Shown: in pieces, positions 26,562 to 39,597 of the stretch | Layout: each line of letters begins with the position of its first letter | Numbering within the stretch: position 1 is the first letter of the stretch | Assembly: GCF_964204645.1 (NCBI RefSeq) | Contig: NC_134028.1 | Coordinates: 4,836,001-4,900,000 of the forward strand | From: Tubulanus polymorphus | Taxonomy: Eukaryota; Animalia; Nemertea | Length of the DNA stretch: 64,000 nt | Reading direction: 5' to 3' | Program-made: the position numbers and the translations under genes | Notes under the pieces: generated by a model | What the model saw: the letters and a program-made list of their open reading frames with translations, nothing else | Told to the model about the DNA's origin: nothing | The model's database searches: none

Positions 26562-27799
26562 AAGCTATGACGAACATGTAGAGTTCTATTAGGGCTAAAA
26601 GCAGTCTAGGTACCCGGCATCAAGGGTAAACTGTCCGCGCTATTTTCCTTCGTAACATTTTCGAGTGTCTCCATCAGACGTTCCTTTAATACATATAAGG
26701 GAATATTCTACGTTACGGAAAATCTTTTATCGACCACTTCAATATAATTGACTGACTTCTATAGCTCTCCAATAATGTACGTATAAACCTCGTATAATGT
26801 TATACGTTCTACTTCATACTAAATGTCTGTAGAAAACAGCTCATTAGATGACACTTGATCTGCAGTCTGAGCAAGAATTGGTCTCTAGCCATTACAGCAG
26901 CTGTCTTGAATACTTTCCGCTAATACACTATACACAACACGCAATGATCTTTCAGGGGAATGAAATCCACTCGAAACACGGGTTCCTTGTGTCTGTATAG
27001 GTAAAGTCACGGATGACAAACAGGTTAATGCCATTTAGCAGCAGGTTGTGTACTCATTAAAATCTACATCCTCATCTTCACGTCTTTACTACACGAGAAC
27101 TTCGCGTGCATTCGTTAACTCTTCAAGTTCATCATTATATCCTCTATCTATAGATCCTGTATACCGAACGTGGCTTTTATTTAGCATCATTTTCTTCAAC
27201 AGGTTTGCGAATGATCGGGAATGTTTCCTATATAAGATATCGGGGCCGGTTCTATATGCGTTCCCTTAGCGCGAGGAATATGCGGATGGGTTGGTATTGA
27301 TTTGGTTTGGACTGAACTAGGGTCTGGGTAGGATCGAAAGGTTTTGAAAATCTGATGCATTGATATGGGCGCTGAGCTATTCCCGTTGAAATTACGAATG
27401 TTTAAATGAATGAAAAAAATATTAAAGGATGTAAGTGTAATACATTTCAATATGATGATATTTTAGGATTACGGGCAAGCGCTACGGGGTTGCGGGACAT
27501 AATAAAAAGCTTAATGCTATGATTCTGTGTCGTTATCAATGGCATCAGTGAAAAAAAAGCACAACAGCGAAATTTTATCAGTAATTAGTGATGTCTATAT
27601 TTAGAGTCCCTAAGGTTTGACTCAAGCTTCATCTCTTAAAACTCAACCTCGCTATTTCTACGTAGATAATTTGTTCTGACCTTGATGGTGGTACACAGTT
27701 TTCATGAATAAAAGATTCATTCTTTCCCTCAAATACACGACGCCGAAAACACAGATAAGGCACCGTTATAAGTTATCCCCGTCCTGTATAAAGCTGGCC

Positions 27800-27834
<35 letters not shown>

Positions 27835-27835
27835 T
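27800..27835. repeat. (AT)n microsatellite
   Basis: Read directly. Similar tracts occur at about 13099-13114, 28861-28882 and 57202-57220. Confidence 0.9.
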
Positions 27836-29660
27836 CACCTGCTCACATGCCGTTAGGATTATGATAAACACTTAACGATCATATGAAAACCTAAAGCAGC
27901 TGATAAGAGAGCAATATATGGAAGTCATTACGGATTTGTTTTCCGTATATAGCGAATGAATTGTATGATATTTTGGGGAATATTTTCGTGTAATGAGGCT
28001 GGCAGGTGATCATTCGTATATCAAATTGGAAATGTAATGACTAGAAAAAAAGATGATATCCCATTCCCAAATTATCAATCAAATAACGAACTCAGAGTAG
28101 CACCAAATTAACATAATTCTGTTGTGATGGTAAATGTGTTGAAATGGAAAAGGTGTTTCCCAGCTGATGGTAGAGTTCGATACATCTAGCGCAATGATGA
28201 AGTATACAAATTATTTTGTGGCATATTCTGGGGTTGATAAATACGTGATTAAATCTAGTTGTACAATATCAATAGATTCATTGCAAACTTTCATTCTTTG
28301 TGGAACCTGAAGTTTCGAAACATTGTTTTTCACGCCGTAAAAACCGATTCAATAATATGTACTATGTGCGTTATTTAAGGGGATCGTTTAAGTCGATGTG
28401 CACTACGTCATCAATATTGGCGTTTCAAATAAACAATAACAACTGATCATTATGTAAGTAGATATATTTCATTTTTTTCTTATGTGGCATTCACCGTATT
28501 GAATAGAGTAAAACGTCGTGTGAATATAGAATACGTGTATATCTGCATTTATGATTACTTATCACATTTCAGTTAGTAATTGAATCGCTGATTCCGGAGA
28601 CCTCTTATTTATAGATATCCATTCACTAATGCAGGACCTCCTCCTCTGATCAGCAGCGTGTCTGGTCGATCTGACATGTCGCATTGATATCTCTATCTCA
28701 TCGACTGTAAACAAGACTGTTGCTGATTGGAATGAATTTTTGATATTGACACGAATCGCGAAGAGCGTGCGTCCGACTCAAAATGCGCAATTAAGACGGA
28801 TAACTTGCCCGATTGAAACACGAGAAATTATTCAATTAGTGAAACCCACAATCGACGTACATATATATATATATATATATATCTGCTCTCTTGATTAATG
28901 TCGATCCCGCTCTGGCCAAGTAGATAATTAATAGCATTGATCCTTGACAGTCGGTGTCGATGAGCTTAAAGCGTTCGATACGAATTCGAAAATGTTTTTC
29001 CGATAGAGAAAAAATTGGATAAATTCGCTACCAATCAGAACCGGTCGAGGTGAAGGCCACCTCGGTTTATAGTGTGAACTAAATACCCCACCCCTGGGAT
29101 AATACGACCTTCAAACCATCCACGCTTTTTATAAGTGCAGTCTTTATGTAAATATGAACTTTTGTGACATGAAGCCGTTTTGTCTTCATATCATAACTTA
29201 ACGTTTCCTAAGGAGTTGAGGTGTTTTATTACATCGAAGCCGATGCAAATGAGTCATGTAGGGGTCACATTAATTATTGTAGAGACTCTGTTGGTTAGGA
29301 GCAACAGGTCTGAGAGGAGACACTTCTAGTAGCAACATGTCTTCATCTGACAGGCGGAACCAATACTCCACATTTATTTATGACAGTTGATATACTTGTG
29401 TTGGACATGATATTATTTTGTGAGATGTAAAGATGGGAAGGAAGCCAATGTCTAGAGTTCCCAAATGAGCAATGCTATTTTAGAACACTCGATACAAGAC
29501 AACTTTAAAAACATGTAGAATCATATGAATCTTTATGAATCTTTTATTTTGACTCTGAATGTATTTGCCAAATTATTCGAAAGCAAATCGACTAGACCAA
29601 AAAATTCCTTTCACAAATTACTCTTGTTGGTATTATATATCACATTTAAACTGTAGATCA

Positions 29661-29749
29661 GAGGGGCCATTTCATAGATAACTAAAATCTTCATTTCCAT
29701 TAGTATTGCGAGCTATATCATGAATAATGACACTGCGAAATGGGCCCTC
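29661..29749. mobile_element. Short MITE-like element (PIF/Harbinger-like ends)
   Basis: GAGGGGCCATTTC ... GAAATGGGCCCTC match as inverted repeats at 12/13. Confidence 0.45.
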
Positions 29750-32700
29750 GCTAGTGACAGTATCTGCTCTGACCTCCTCGGGCTGGCTTTAGTCTCTTAA
29801 TGTGAATATATATCATTGCATTGAAACTGTCTCAAGACTTTGTCTCTTAATTCAATTTAATCATCTCCACAATCTAATCATCCGGATTTATTGGAACATC
29901 ATTTTCTCTTTAAGTCGGAAAGCTATTACTGTGAAAGCCCCCTCGAACTTCCACATGGATATGTCCTGCTCAACGATGCCTGTCACATCGGAGTAACATT
30001 AAATTTCAATAGTGAACGAAACATCTCATTAACTAATGCGAGGGATATCCACGCATACGGTGAAGTCTTGACATTCTCATCCCATCTTCAGCCTGCGCGA
30101 CTTTTTAAGTAATTGTGCCCTGTGTGACGGCCGAACTCCAATCCATTAGCTTGTCGCGCGCGCGTACACACACCTATATGCTACGTACCTATTCCAATCC
30201 GTGCGGATACGGGCAATGAACCACGTAGAGAATTTTTTGTTCGAAATAAAACGTGTTCATCCGAACGTGATAATCGAGCAGCGAAGCTGACAAAAATTCA
30301 TCATCATTTCATGCATTAGTTTCGACGCTCCACGATATAATATACTGCTCATAAACATACCCTCTAGTCCCGTGTAGGTCTTAAAAAGGGAGTGTCTCCT
30401 AGTTTGTATCTAGTATCACCGAAATTACAGAGGTATTGTTTGACAACCTGGGTGTCAGGCGGTGCATGTATTTTATAAAAGTTGCCAGGAGCTTCCATTC
30501 TAACACAATATCCCGAAGGTTTTAGTGATATTTACCAATTCCTGATATTAGCTTAGAATACATATTCGATAAAAAGTTGATGAAACTAGAAATAACGTTT
30601 GCTACTCAGAAATTGGAAAAAAATAATGATAATATCAAAGTTAACTCGATAAAAGATACATCAATTCTATCTGATAATGCAGCTATCAATCCATAGCATG
30701 AATTTATCATCAATGTCTGCAAGGGGTTGTTCCTGCTTGCAGAGTGGCACAGCTTTCGGACAAATCCAACTCGTTTGAATTTTGACATGTTTCTCAATTA
30801 CTACTACTGCAACATCATGACAGATCATGACATTGTAAGATATGATGCAACGGTTCTGAAAAACCTTCTTGAACAAATACTTCATCTCAGTTGATCTTGA
30901 AAATATCACACTTTCAACGCAAACTCATGATATAATTTCTATCCGTTCTATCATATAAACTCACACGGTGTTAGCGCTGAAGATCTTTGCATAGTTCAAT
31001 TCTAATCTAGAATTCATGATGCTCGCTTGTGCTTGTTCAGCAAAATTTGCAATACCCTTGAGAGGGAAAGTCGCGCATCATCTTTTTTTTCGGCTGAAAT
31101 AACGAAGTAATTTATGATAGTGCGGAGTCGAGGGGGATTGCGTATAAGCCAAAACTGTAAGACTTATATCACCCCAATTACTATGGAAATGAAGAAGGGA
31201 ATTAGACCCGAGCCAGCTATTGACTATATGTCAATATATGATCATTGATAAATTTTTGCTCGCTGACAATGATTATCATTAGATACGGCAGATATCAGAA
31301 AACTCTATTAACACAGCTTTCAATATCGACGAAAATCGACATCCTTTTTTATGCTGTTTTCTATGTGGCCACGACGTAAAACTGTTTGATCAGTTGCAGC
31401 GTATTCAGAGCTTGAAGACCGAGATCTTAGTTTATTTTCAATGACTTCAACTGTAAAATCCTAGCCTTACGACTATAAGAAGGGATGCAGAATTGCTTGG
31501 ACTCCTTTCGTATGCCATGCATAACGAAAGAACTGCGTCGACGATATACGAGTTTCCCATATTAATTACGACATTCCAGGCACCGTCATTTTTAACTTTT
31601 GATTCGTTTCATATTCGTCATAACTCAATATATTGCTTTTACTTTCATCAACTTAGATATGAATGTTTATCGTTGGAGAGGGTGAGACATGGGAATTTCA
31701 TCGACAACTTCCACATCTTTGTAAATTACATATCTAATGCGTCATCTTCTACCGCAAAACAGAATTTGTTTCATTGTAATTAATCGAAAAATCCATAATG
31801 AAATATTTGTCAAGTATAACAAGACGGGCTGAACATCTTGAAGAGGCAATTCGAATAAAGTCTGATAAACATATTGATGTTCTTTGGAGTCGGCATCAAC
31901 AAGCGAAGCCAAACACCGCAAACCGAGACGACACAAGAAGCGACACACCGGCCCACTGGCTATTGGCTACTTATCATCGACGGTGAAGACAAAACACAGG
32001 AGATAGATTTATCTGAGAACATCCCAGCTGTTCGCTGCAAGGAACCGTCTTCTCCGACATCGGCAAAACATCCTTATCTATCGTCTGTTTGTCCATTGAA
32101 ATATGATCAAAGACAGTGGAGACTATATATGAATTGATATGACATTATCTTCAGTCGCAGACGAGGCAAGCTAGTTTTTTTTTCCCCGACAGTGGATTAA
32201 CCTAAAAAGTTACAGAATTGCCAGCAGTCACAAATACGTTAACGACTGGCGCTGGAAATTATGCGACTTTATCTGTTAATTGTGAAGATTAGTAGCAGCT
32301 CGAAGGCGCTGCGCAATCGCGCATTCGTTTTAGAAGTGAGATGCCGGAAATGGGAGAAAATTTATCGGTGAACTATCAACTTGAATCGCTGAAGTCGTCG
32401 TTGTCATCGCGAAGGTGTGCTAAGTATCAAATACGGCAGTTAAATCTAATTTGTATAAAACAGAGCAGAATTATCGTGTAGTAATACAGCTACAGAGGAA
32501 GGCACACCTTTTAGAATATGGTTTTACTGAAGGATGGGCCGGTGTGATGGTTACACAACCGAGCAGCTGTGACTGACGAAGTTTGAAAGTTTGTGCTGTA
32601 TTCGATCTGTGGTCAGTACTATGGCTACTGTGTCCAGTCAAGCTTGAAGTTTATACCGGCAATACAATGAACCATACTATTATATCAAAGATGATAAATG

Positions 32701-35131
32701 CTGTTTCCAAAAGCTGGAAAGGGCTTTGTATACGAAGGAATAGCACACGGGCCAAATATTGACCAGAAGGTGTTCGAACAACTTGAACATGCCCGCTTGC
32801 TTCGTAAAAAAACTATCCATCACGTTGATTTTAGCTCATTGTATCAGATGTGTACATGTACAGGTCTAGCGTTAACCCGCCAGCAGCAGCTCACAGAATA
32901 CCCAATCGACCAGAAACCATTATTTCTCGAAAATGATTGATTGCTACCGATTTAAATCGTATCAGTTTCATCACAAAAATCGATCTAGAATATTCTTCAT
33001 ATTTTTATCCTTCGGTCGATGAGGAATTACGTTTAAGTATATGTATATGTAATTCAATGACCGCGACTGCTTACCTTGAAACAGCCACAAAATAGGTTTC
33101 TTAGTGTATGCTTCTTATTCATCCTATCAACAAGAACTATAACTTCCCCACAAAACCCACACAGCTGATAAAAATCTCAGATATCGGGGAGAGGTAGTGG
33201 AGAGAGGTTGTCATAGTTTGTGGTGGACGACAAGCCAACGGCGATTGTGGAGCAAAAACTACAAGTTGTAACAAACTTCAGCAGCAATTCGGAAACAAAC
33301 TGTCATCCGAAGTATCTTATCGGAGTATTGATTACGCAAAGATAGAGAGTATTTGATGAGAAGTATGTCGCCTCTCAGCGGCGGAATTCAGTAAATTATC
33401 ACTTCCGAGTCACGTCCATCCACTTCAGGTAAGTATCAGTACGGAACGACGGGCTACTAGCTCTACACTCGTCCTTGCCCTCGTGTAGGTCTTTCTGAGA
33501 GTGGATCTTAACAGTTACGTTTCAGGTAACAAGATCAGTTGGTAGAATGTGTCTTCTCCTTTGACACGGAATGGATAAGCACTCATCAGTCGGAAATCTG
33601 ATTAGGAACGGCCACAGTCTCTGAGCTGGGCGACTAATGGATGGAGTAACTTGATATCGATGTCTTTCATATAGTATATGAAGAGGGCGTCTCTTCAGAT
33701 AAAGTACAAACTACTTTAAAACAATGACCGGAGACTCGTGAACTCGGTACATAACCCCAAATAAACGGCATAGAGCACCAAGTGTCTGTAACTTTTTGTA
33801 TAAAGAGTGGTCTCCAAAACTTTTCTCAAGATCAACCGTATTGAAAGATCAACCGTGCCATGTTTAACCACGAAAACATATTCTAATTAAATTTCATCCC
33901 GTATCTATTCATCACGCGGCCACAAGTAAGACTTTATAATCTTCGAATCAATCTTTTCCTTATTTTAGAAATTTAATGTGACTCTAGCCTTATATAACAA
34001 CTGCTTGACATTTAAAGCAATCTTGACTGCTCTTCTTAAATATTGATCGTAAACGACAGAAGAAAATACTCGTTCCCTCTTGAAAAAAACAACATTTCAT
34101 CGTAGGGATTCTTACGACAACAATTAAGTGTGATGGCGGCGACCAGTCAGTCGGTGAAGCATACACAATTGGAAATGTCGTTTTGCATACACACTTCACT
34201 GAAGCATCGCTTGGCATTAACAAATTCATGCGTTTGACAGCTACATGAAAAAGGATAGTTCGATCTCGAGTGTCTACGGCGTAACTACCAACAAAATCAA
34301 GTCACGCGCTAAACGAGAAAACGCGAGATTGACCTTAATACTATGGCTCGTTTTTTCTCAACTACCGGAAGTGATGGTGCGTAATTCAAATATAACCTAT
34401 GAAATAGCCTCGGTGTCATCTTGCATCGGTCAATATGGAATGTTGATTACTTCAAACGACCAATCGGACCGGAATGTTTATGGTTTATTTGCATAATTCT
34501 TCAGACAGCCGTGTATGGCCGCGGAGAGTCGCTGAAGCGTTCACGCCAACAATTATTGTAATCAGTAATGATTCTCGATCGGTTAGCTCGCCATTAAACC
34601 GGAAATACTTCCCAGCGTCTGGCACTTCCGGCTTTACGGGTATTTCACCACTCTAATATTATTTCACAATATACCGTACCGAATTTCTATGCATGGTTTA
34701 CTTATGATCTTAGAAAGTAAAAATTCAAGCCCCATGTATTGCGACTGTTTTGGGTATTGCGAATAGAAAAATTATTTTCATTTTTGTTATTTACAAAAAC
34801 CTGAAAAACTGTTTTGCTGCGAAGTTTCCTTTGTTTCATTGAAGTGTTTTGATTTTCGAGAAGACTGATGATTTCCAGGTATATACTCAGACTACGTAAT
34901 TATAGGTTTTGAGGTGGTAATTATGATTGGGAAATAAACATGAAAGAACCCGAATGTACAATTCATAGATGGAAAACCTACTCATAAGATGGGAAGAGAG
35001 TGAAATATATATTAGCCGAACTATATATATAATAAATATATGCTAAATTATGATTAAACTGTATATCTTATGTCAGCGATCCAGCAATCACAGAGTCGAT
35101 GGACAAAATACAACGAACATGACCGACCGAG

Positions 35132-35224
35132 ATCCACAGTTGTGAGTTATGCTTTTACTCCAGAGTTAACTCATTGAAAATGAACTGATTTTAACTCAGA
35201 GTTAACTGTAACTCACAACTGGAT
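35132..35224. mobile_element. Foldback MITE, best-preserved copy of the family also at 10121 and 54382
   Basis: AGTTGTGAGTTA / TAACTCACAACT is a perfect 12-bp inverted pair. An inner pair GAGTTAA / TTAACTC flanks the core CATTGAAAATGAACTGATT. Confidence 0.65.
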
Positions 35225-35257
35225 GCAGTAGATAAAAATTCCGTAAAAATGAAAATA

Positions 35258-35393
35258 CATCATAGGCTTCAGTCGTGCTCCAGATAAACCCTAAGGCGAT
35301 CATCATTTGTAGCCTACGCGGCCTTGCTCCCGATGAACCGTAAAAGCCATCATCAATTGTAGGCCTTCAGCCGTGCTCCCGGTAAAGTCTAAC
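35258..35393. repeat. Degenerate tandem repeat, about 3 x 48 bp
   Basis: ATCAT..TTGTAGGC.TTCAGCCGTGCTCCCG.TAAA recurs three times. Confidence 0.7.
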
Positions 35394-38300
35394 GTAATTA
35401 GTGAATGCTGGGTCACAGTTTACGTGATGTCAGCACAGAAATAACAGCACAATTCGACAATCATTCACAGGAAATACAGCGACGAGTTGAATAACAAACA
35501 CATCGCCGGACGTTCATAGATAGTCAGTCTAACTGCCGCTCTGTATAGTAGCTTCAACAACCAGACGATTATAGATTTCTTGCGCGAATAATTTGTTGAG
35601 TTGTCAGCAAAACGTTGGTCGAGTCATTACAATCACGCCGCAAGTCGTGGAGAACATTTGTCATTTGTCTCCTCCAAAAAAAACCCGTTACGAATATTGA
35701 ATATCGTATACACTAAACAGCGGCTAAATTGGCGAGAATAAGTATTTCGACGACGGAGCTAAACGGCAAATTTTATAAATCGTTCTCCGATTTCTTTCTC
35801 ATTACTGGATAGCTTATTGGAAGCAGGTTAGTTTATTATTCAGCTCATACTTCTTGAAATGAACTACTGTACGTCGTTACATAAGAGAGTCCCCATCTGT
35901 ATCTGCCTTCACTTCCAGATTGAAAAAGATGTCTTTCCAAAAACACTTATGGGGATTATCTTTAACTTGTAGTTCCGATGTAAAAATATGCTAATAGACA
36001 CAAATACAGAATCCTGTATGCTGGGTACAAAAAAAAACCTAATATTAAAGATAATTCAAGTATATAAAATCTATATTACTGTCATATTACGAAATTTATT
36101 CCATTACAAGAAGCTGTGGTGATTGTGATTTCTGACCTGATTCACAATCACCGTGCCCCACGTTTCCCTCTCACACAAACTAATGATATTTGAAATAGTC
36201 AATTTAATTAGCAATGATTGAGATTGTAAACCAATCACTAAACTCCACAATAACGGATACTCCCAGTCGTGCATGCGTGATTTAATTACTCTAACAATGC
36301 GGGCGTCGTTGAATCGGTTTCGCTCGGGTTACTGGGCTCGAATAATAGTAGAGGTGGCTTCCAGTAAACTGTTGCTAATTGATTCATGTAACGCGAAGGC
36401 AGGAAATCGCATGGATATAATGAACGGTTATTGTAACCGGCAGACAGCTTGGGGGAGTAGGAGAGAGAAGTTGTCACCAGATCGATATATCTGATCGAAT
36501 ATATCTAAAATTCTCACAACATCATCCTGCACTTCAAATACTCACAATCTGTAGTTCATCGTCCGAGCGGGTTAGGGCCTTTTATCCGAATCTAAACCAA
36601 AAACAAAAGATTTATTTATTTTTATTTTTCCCACCATCCTATAAAGTCGGGTTGAGTTGGAGCCTTCCATTCTCTATCCCGATTTTGCAGGATCATTGAA
36701 CTCAGTATTTCACTAAACAAACTGCCAATATGTGCTTCAATAGTATGTTTTGGGTGTGTTGACTCTTCGCCTCTGAGTGTGTAGTGATAAAAATATTGAG
36801 GTGCACCACGCAAATGCCTAAGGTTTCTATTGGTTTTTGTGCAGAACGGCTAAGATAAACCAAACCCTATCTAATTCACCGGGTACACTTGAAATCGTAT
36901 GGATTTCCGTGCTTCATGAAATAGATTTTTGCCAAAACGCAGAAATTCGTATTTCTCTATCACTTATTTCTTTTCCCCTGACAGCCATATTGGACATTTT
37001 TACTGAGTAGAATAAAATGACATATACAACACTAACCTCAGGCGATCAAATATTTGAATACATATGACGGCTAATTCTCTGAATATGGTGCGTATTGCAG
37101 TCAAAATGAAAAAAATTGTGTCTTCCTAGAATGCGAAAGCCAGCATTTGAATAATTAAAAAATCTAGATTTAACGCTGTGAATTTGCTAATCTGGTAATT
37201 ATCTGCCTGGCGGCCTTATTGAAAAGGTAATATTCAAAATTTTACTCACAGATAATTAACTAAAAATTGATATTCACGTGTGATGATTTTATCGCGTTTC
37301 GGTGCGCTCTTCAAACGCCGCTTCGACTGAAGAAAATTAGTAAATTAATTGCATCATCCGCGGCAATATTAATCGTCGATAATCAAATCAGTTTTAATGC
37401 GTCGTTCTTAGGAGTTCTCATCGGTCGCCCGAGGGTCATTTCTTCATTTTGAAAATATCTCGCGATTCTTTAGACGTGATTGATAGAACACGAAGTCTTA
37501 CCGTGTCACGTCGCCACCGTGTCGAGTTTTACCATAAACGGATGTGACAAGAATTCATATGAATTAAGAAAACAAGAATTCGCGTTGTCGGTTGTTGCGT
37601 CGCGGCGCTTGTGAAATAAATCAAAACTAATTGAAATTTCATACGCAACATCTTGGAATTTGTTGAACAATAAGCGCGATGTTACAAATTAGATTTAACC
37701 GAACATAACGACACGTGAAGCCGCCACAATAACAGACGGATTTATCTTGAGACATGTTCTAGCCACAAGTTCGACTCGGTAATATATAGACCGACCGTAG
37801 ATGATAAGAAGTCAAGTGCCTAATCGCCCGGTACCCAATCTACAGTTCAGATCTAAAAATAAAAATTGTTTTGGAATCTTAAAAAGTGTATTAAACATCA
37901 GATTCAAATCTGGCGTGATTTTATTTTGCTTTTAACGTATTTTATGCTTTCTCTCCATATTTGTCGCCCATCGTAGAATCGTGTGAGCTTATTGATGCAG
38001 TAAACCTATATATGTATATACCGATCTCCCAGTGGAGGATTCTCAAACAAACTCGTTTGCCTCGTATCAATCTTTATCTGTGAAAGGCAGACCGGGAGAC
38101 GGGTACATAGTGGACACCGGATTCAATCACTACTGACACTGTTCGTTAATCCACCATCTATTAGACTTAATCTACGAGACATCAACGACAAATTATTCTT
38201 ATCGCAGCCCGACGGGAAACAAAATAACAATACATCCATCTAAAACACCTATACACGCATAGAATTCTTTATCAGTAACTAGTCTTATACAGGACTTGCT

Positions 38301-39439
38301 TTCTGAGCGTATTGACGTATATTACATTATGATATGATTCCTAAAAACGGTTATGTCCAAGCCAAAGTTTTTTTTATGACGTAATCTATTTTCTTTCCAC
38401 ATGAAACAAGAAAATAACCAAAACGTTTGCTTTTATATGAATCCGATCAAAAAAGATTGTTCCGACGATACTCGCAGGAACATTAAGAAATATCTCATGG
38501 ATCCATCCTGTCTAATATTGATGAATGAGGGCCGTGTTTCTTTTTAGATCGCTGAACGAAGAATATTTACACGCACTGAGTCTGATAGTCGAATACTGAG
38601 TGAAATCGTTATAGAAATAAACGCATATCGTTTTTTTCAACAATATTACACGAAGAGAGGCCTCGTAAAGTGAATCGAAAAACACTGTTAGTCGAGCAAC
38701 AAATGGGCCTAAGTGCGTCTCTTCATAAATAAAACGTTATACTAGTAAGTGCTCCTACTTGATACTAATTGACGCGGTGGAATCTCGTAACATTTTTTTC
38801 TTGACGTGAGAAAAATATGAACATTTAAAGAGATAGCTTTGAATTGATCTAATATTTTCAGACATTATTTGGATAATACATCCCTGCAGTTAAATTCAAT
38901 TAGTTCAACTGAAATTATCTTATATCAAAGCATTCATGTTACTACTTTTTTTCAGTTTCTCTCAAAGTTGTAGTCAATCTAGATGCTTTACTTCGGGCGA
39001 TTATTATTTGATCATAGAATTGGCAAACATATAACTTTTCGATTCTAAAATAAGGTTTTCAAAGTAAGCTTAGAATAAGAGCTTTCAAATATTCAACGTA
39101 TCTTATTGATTTGTCGTATTTGTTTATAGATAACACTGTCCCCGCGGTTACATATAACCTGGATGTCTTCAGAATCAGACCCGCCGACCGGTCCCTCCAA
39201 AGTATTTTCATTACACTATCATATATTTCGTGAAAACTATTATCTAATTTCTACAAAAATAATATCTGCATTCTAGTACCTATATGCATATATCGATACC
39301 TATACCTACATGTTTTTAAACTGTTTATTTCAATTAGCAGAAAACATTACAAATTTGCATTCGATGGTTATGCAAATTACAGCAGTTTTGTAGCGTGCAT
39401 ATTTTTCAGTGGAGTGTGGCCCGTCGCCAATGGTGTCAG

Positions 39440-39597
39440 ATCTTGACCGTCATGTCCTGCCCCTATGCCTATCAATAGCGGTGAAAATGTGAACTAACGC
39501 GACTGCGCAACGTTCCTACTGCGGCGCGCAAGTGATAAATTAGTTCACATATTCACCGTCAACGATATATATAGGGGCAGCACTTGAGGGTAAAGAT
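39440..39597. repeat. Long imperfect inverted repeat (58-bp arms, 42-nt spacer); probable MITE
   Basis: Arms 39440-39497 and 39540-39597 are complementary at 46/58 positions by manual ungapped alignment. Confidence 0.75.

Noticed and set aside
36856-36878. TCACCGGGTA resembling the miR-36 seed region
   Set aside because: The 3' part diverges and there is no complementary arm to form a precursor hairpin.
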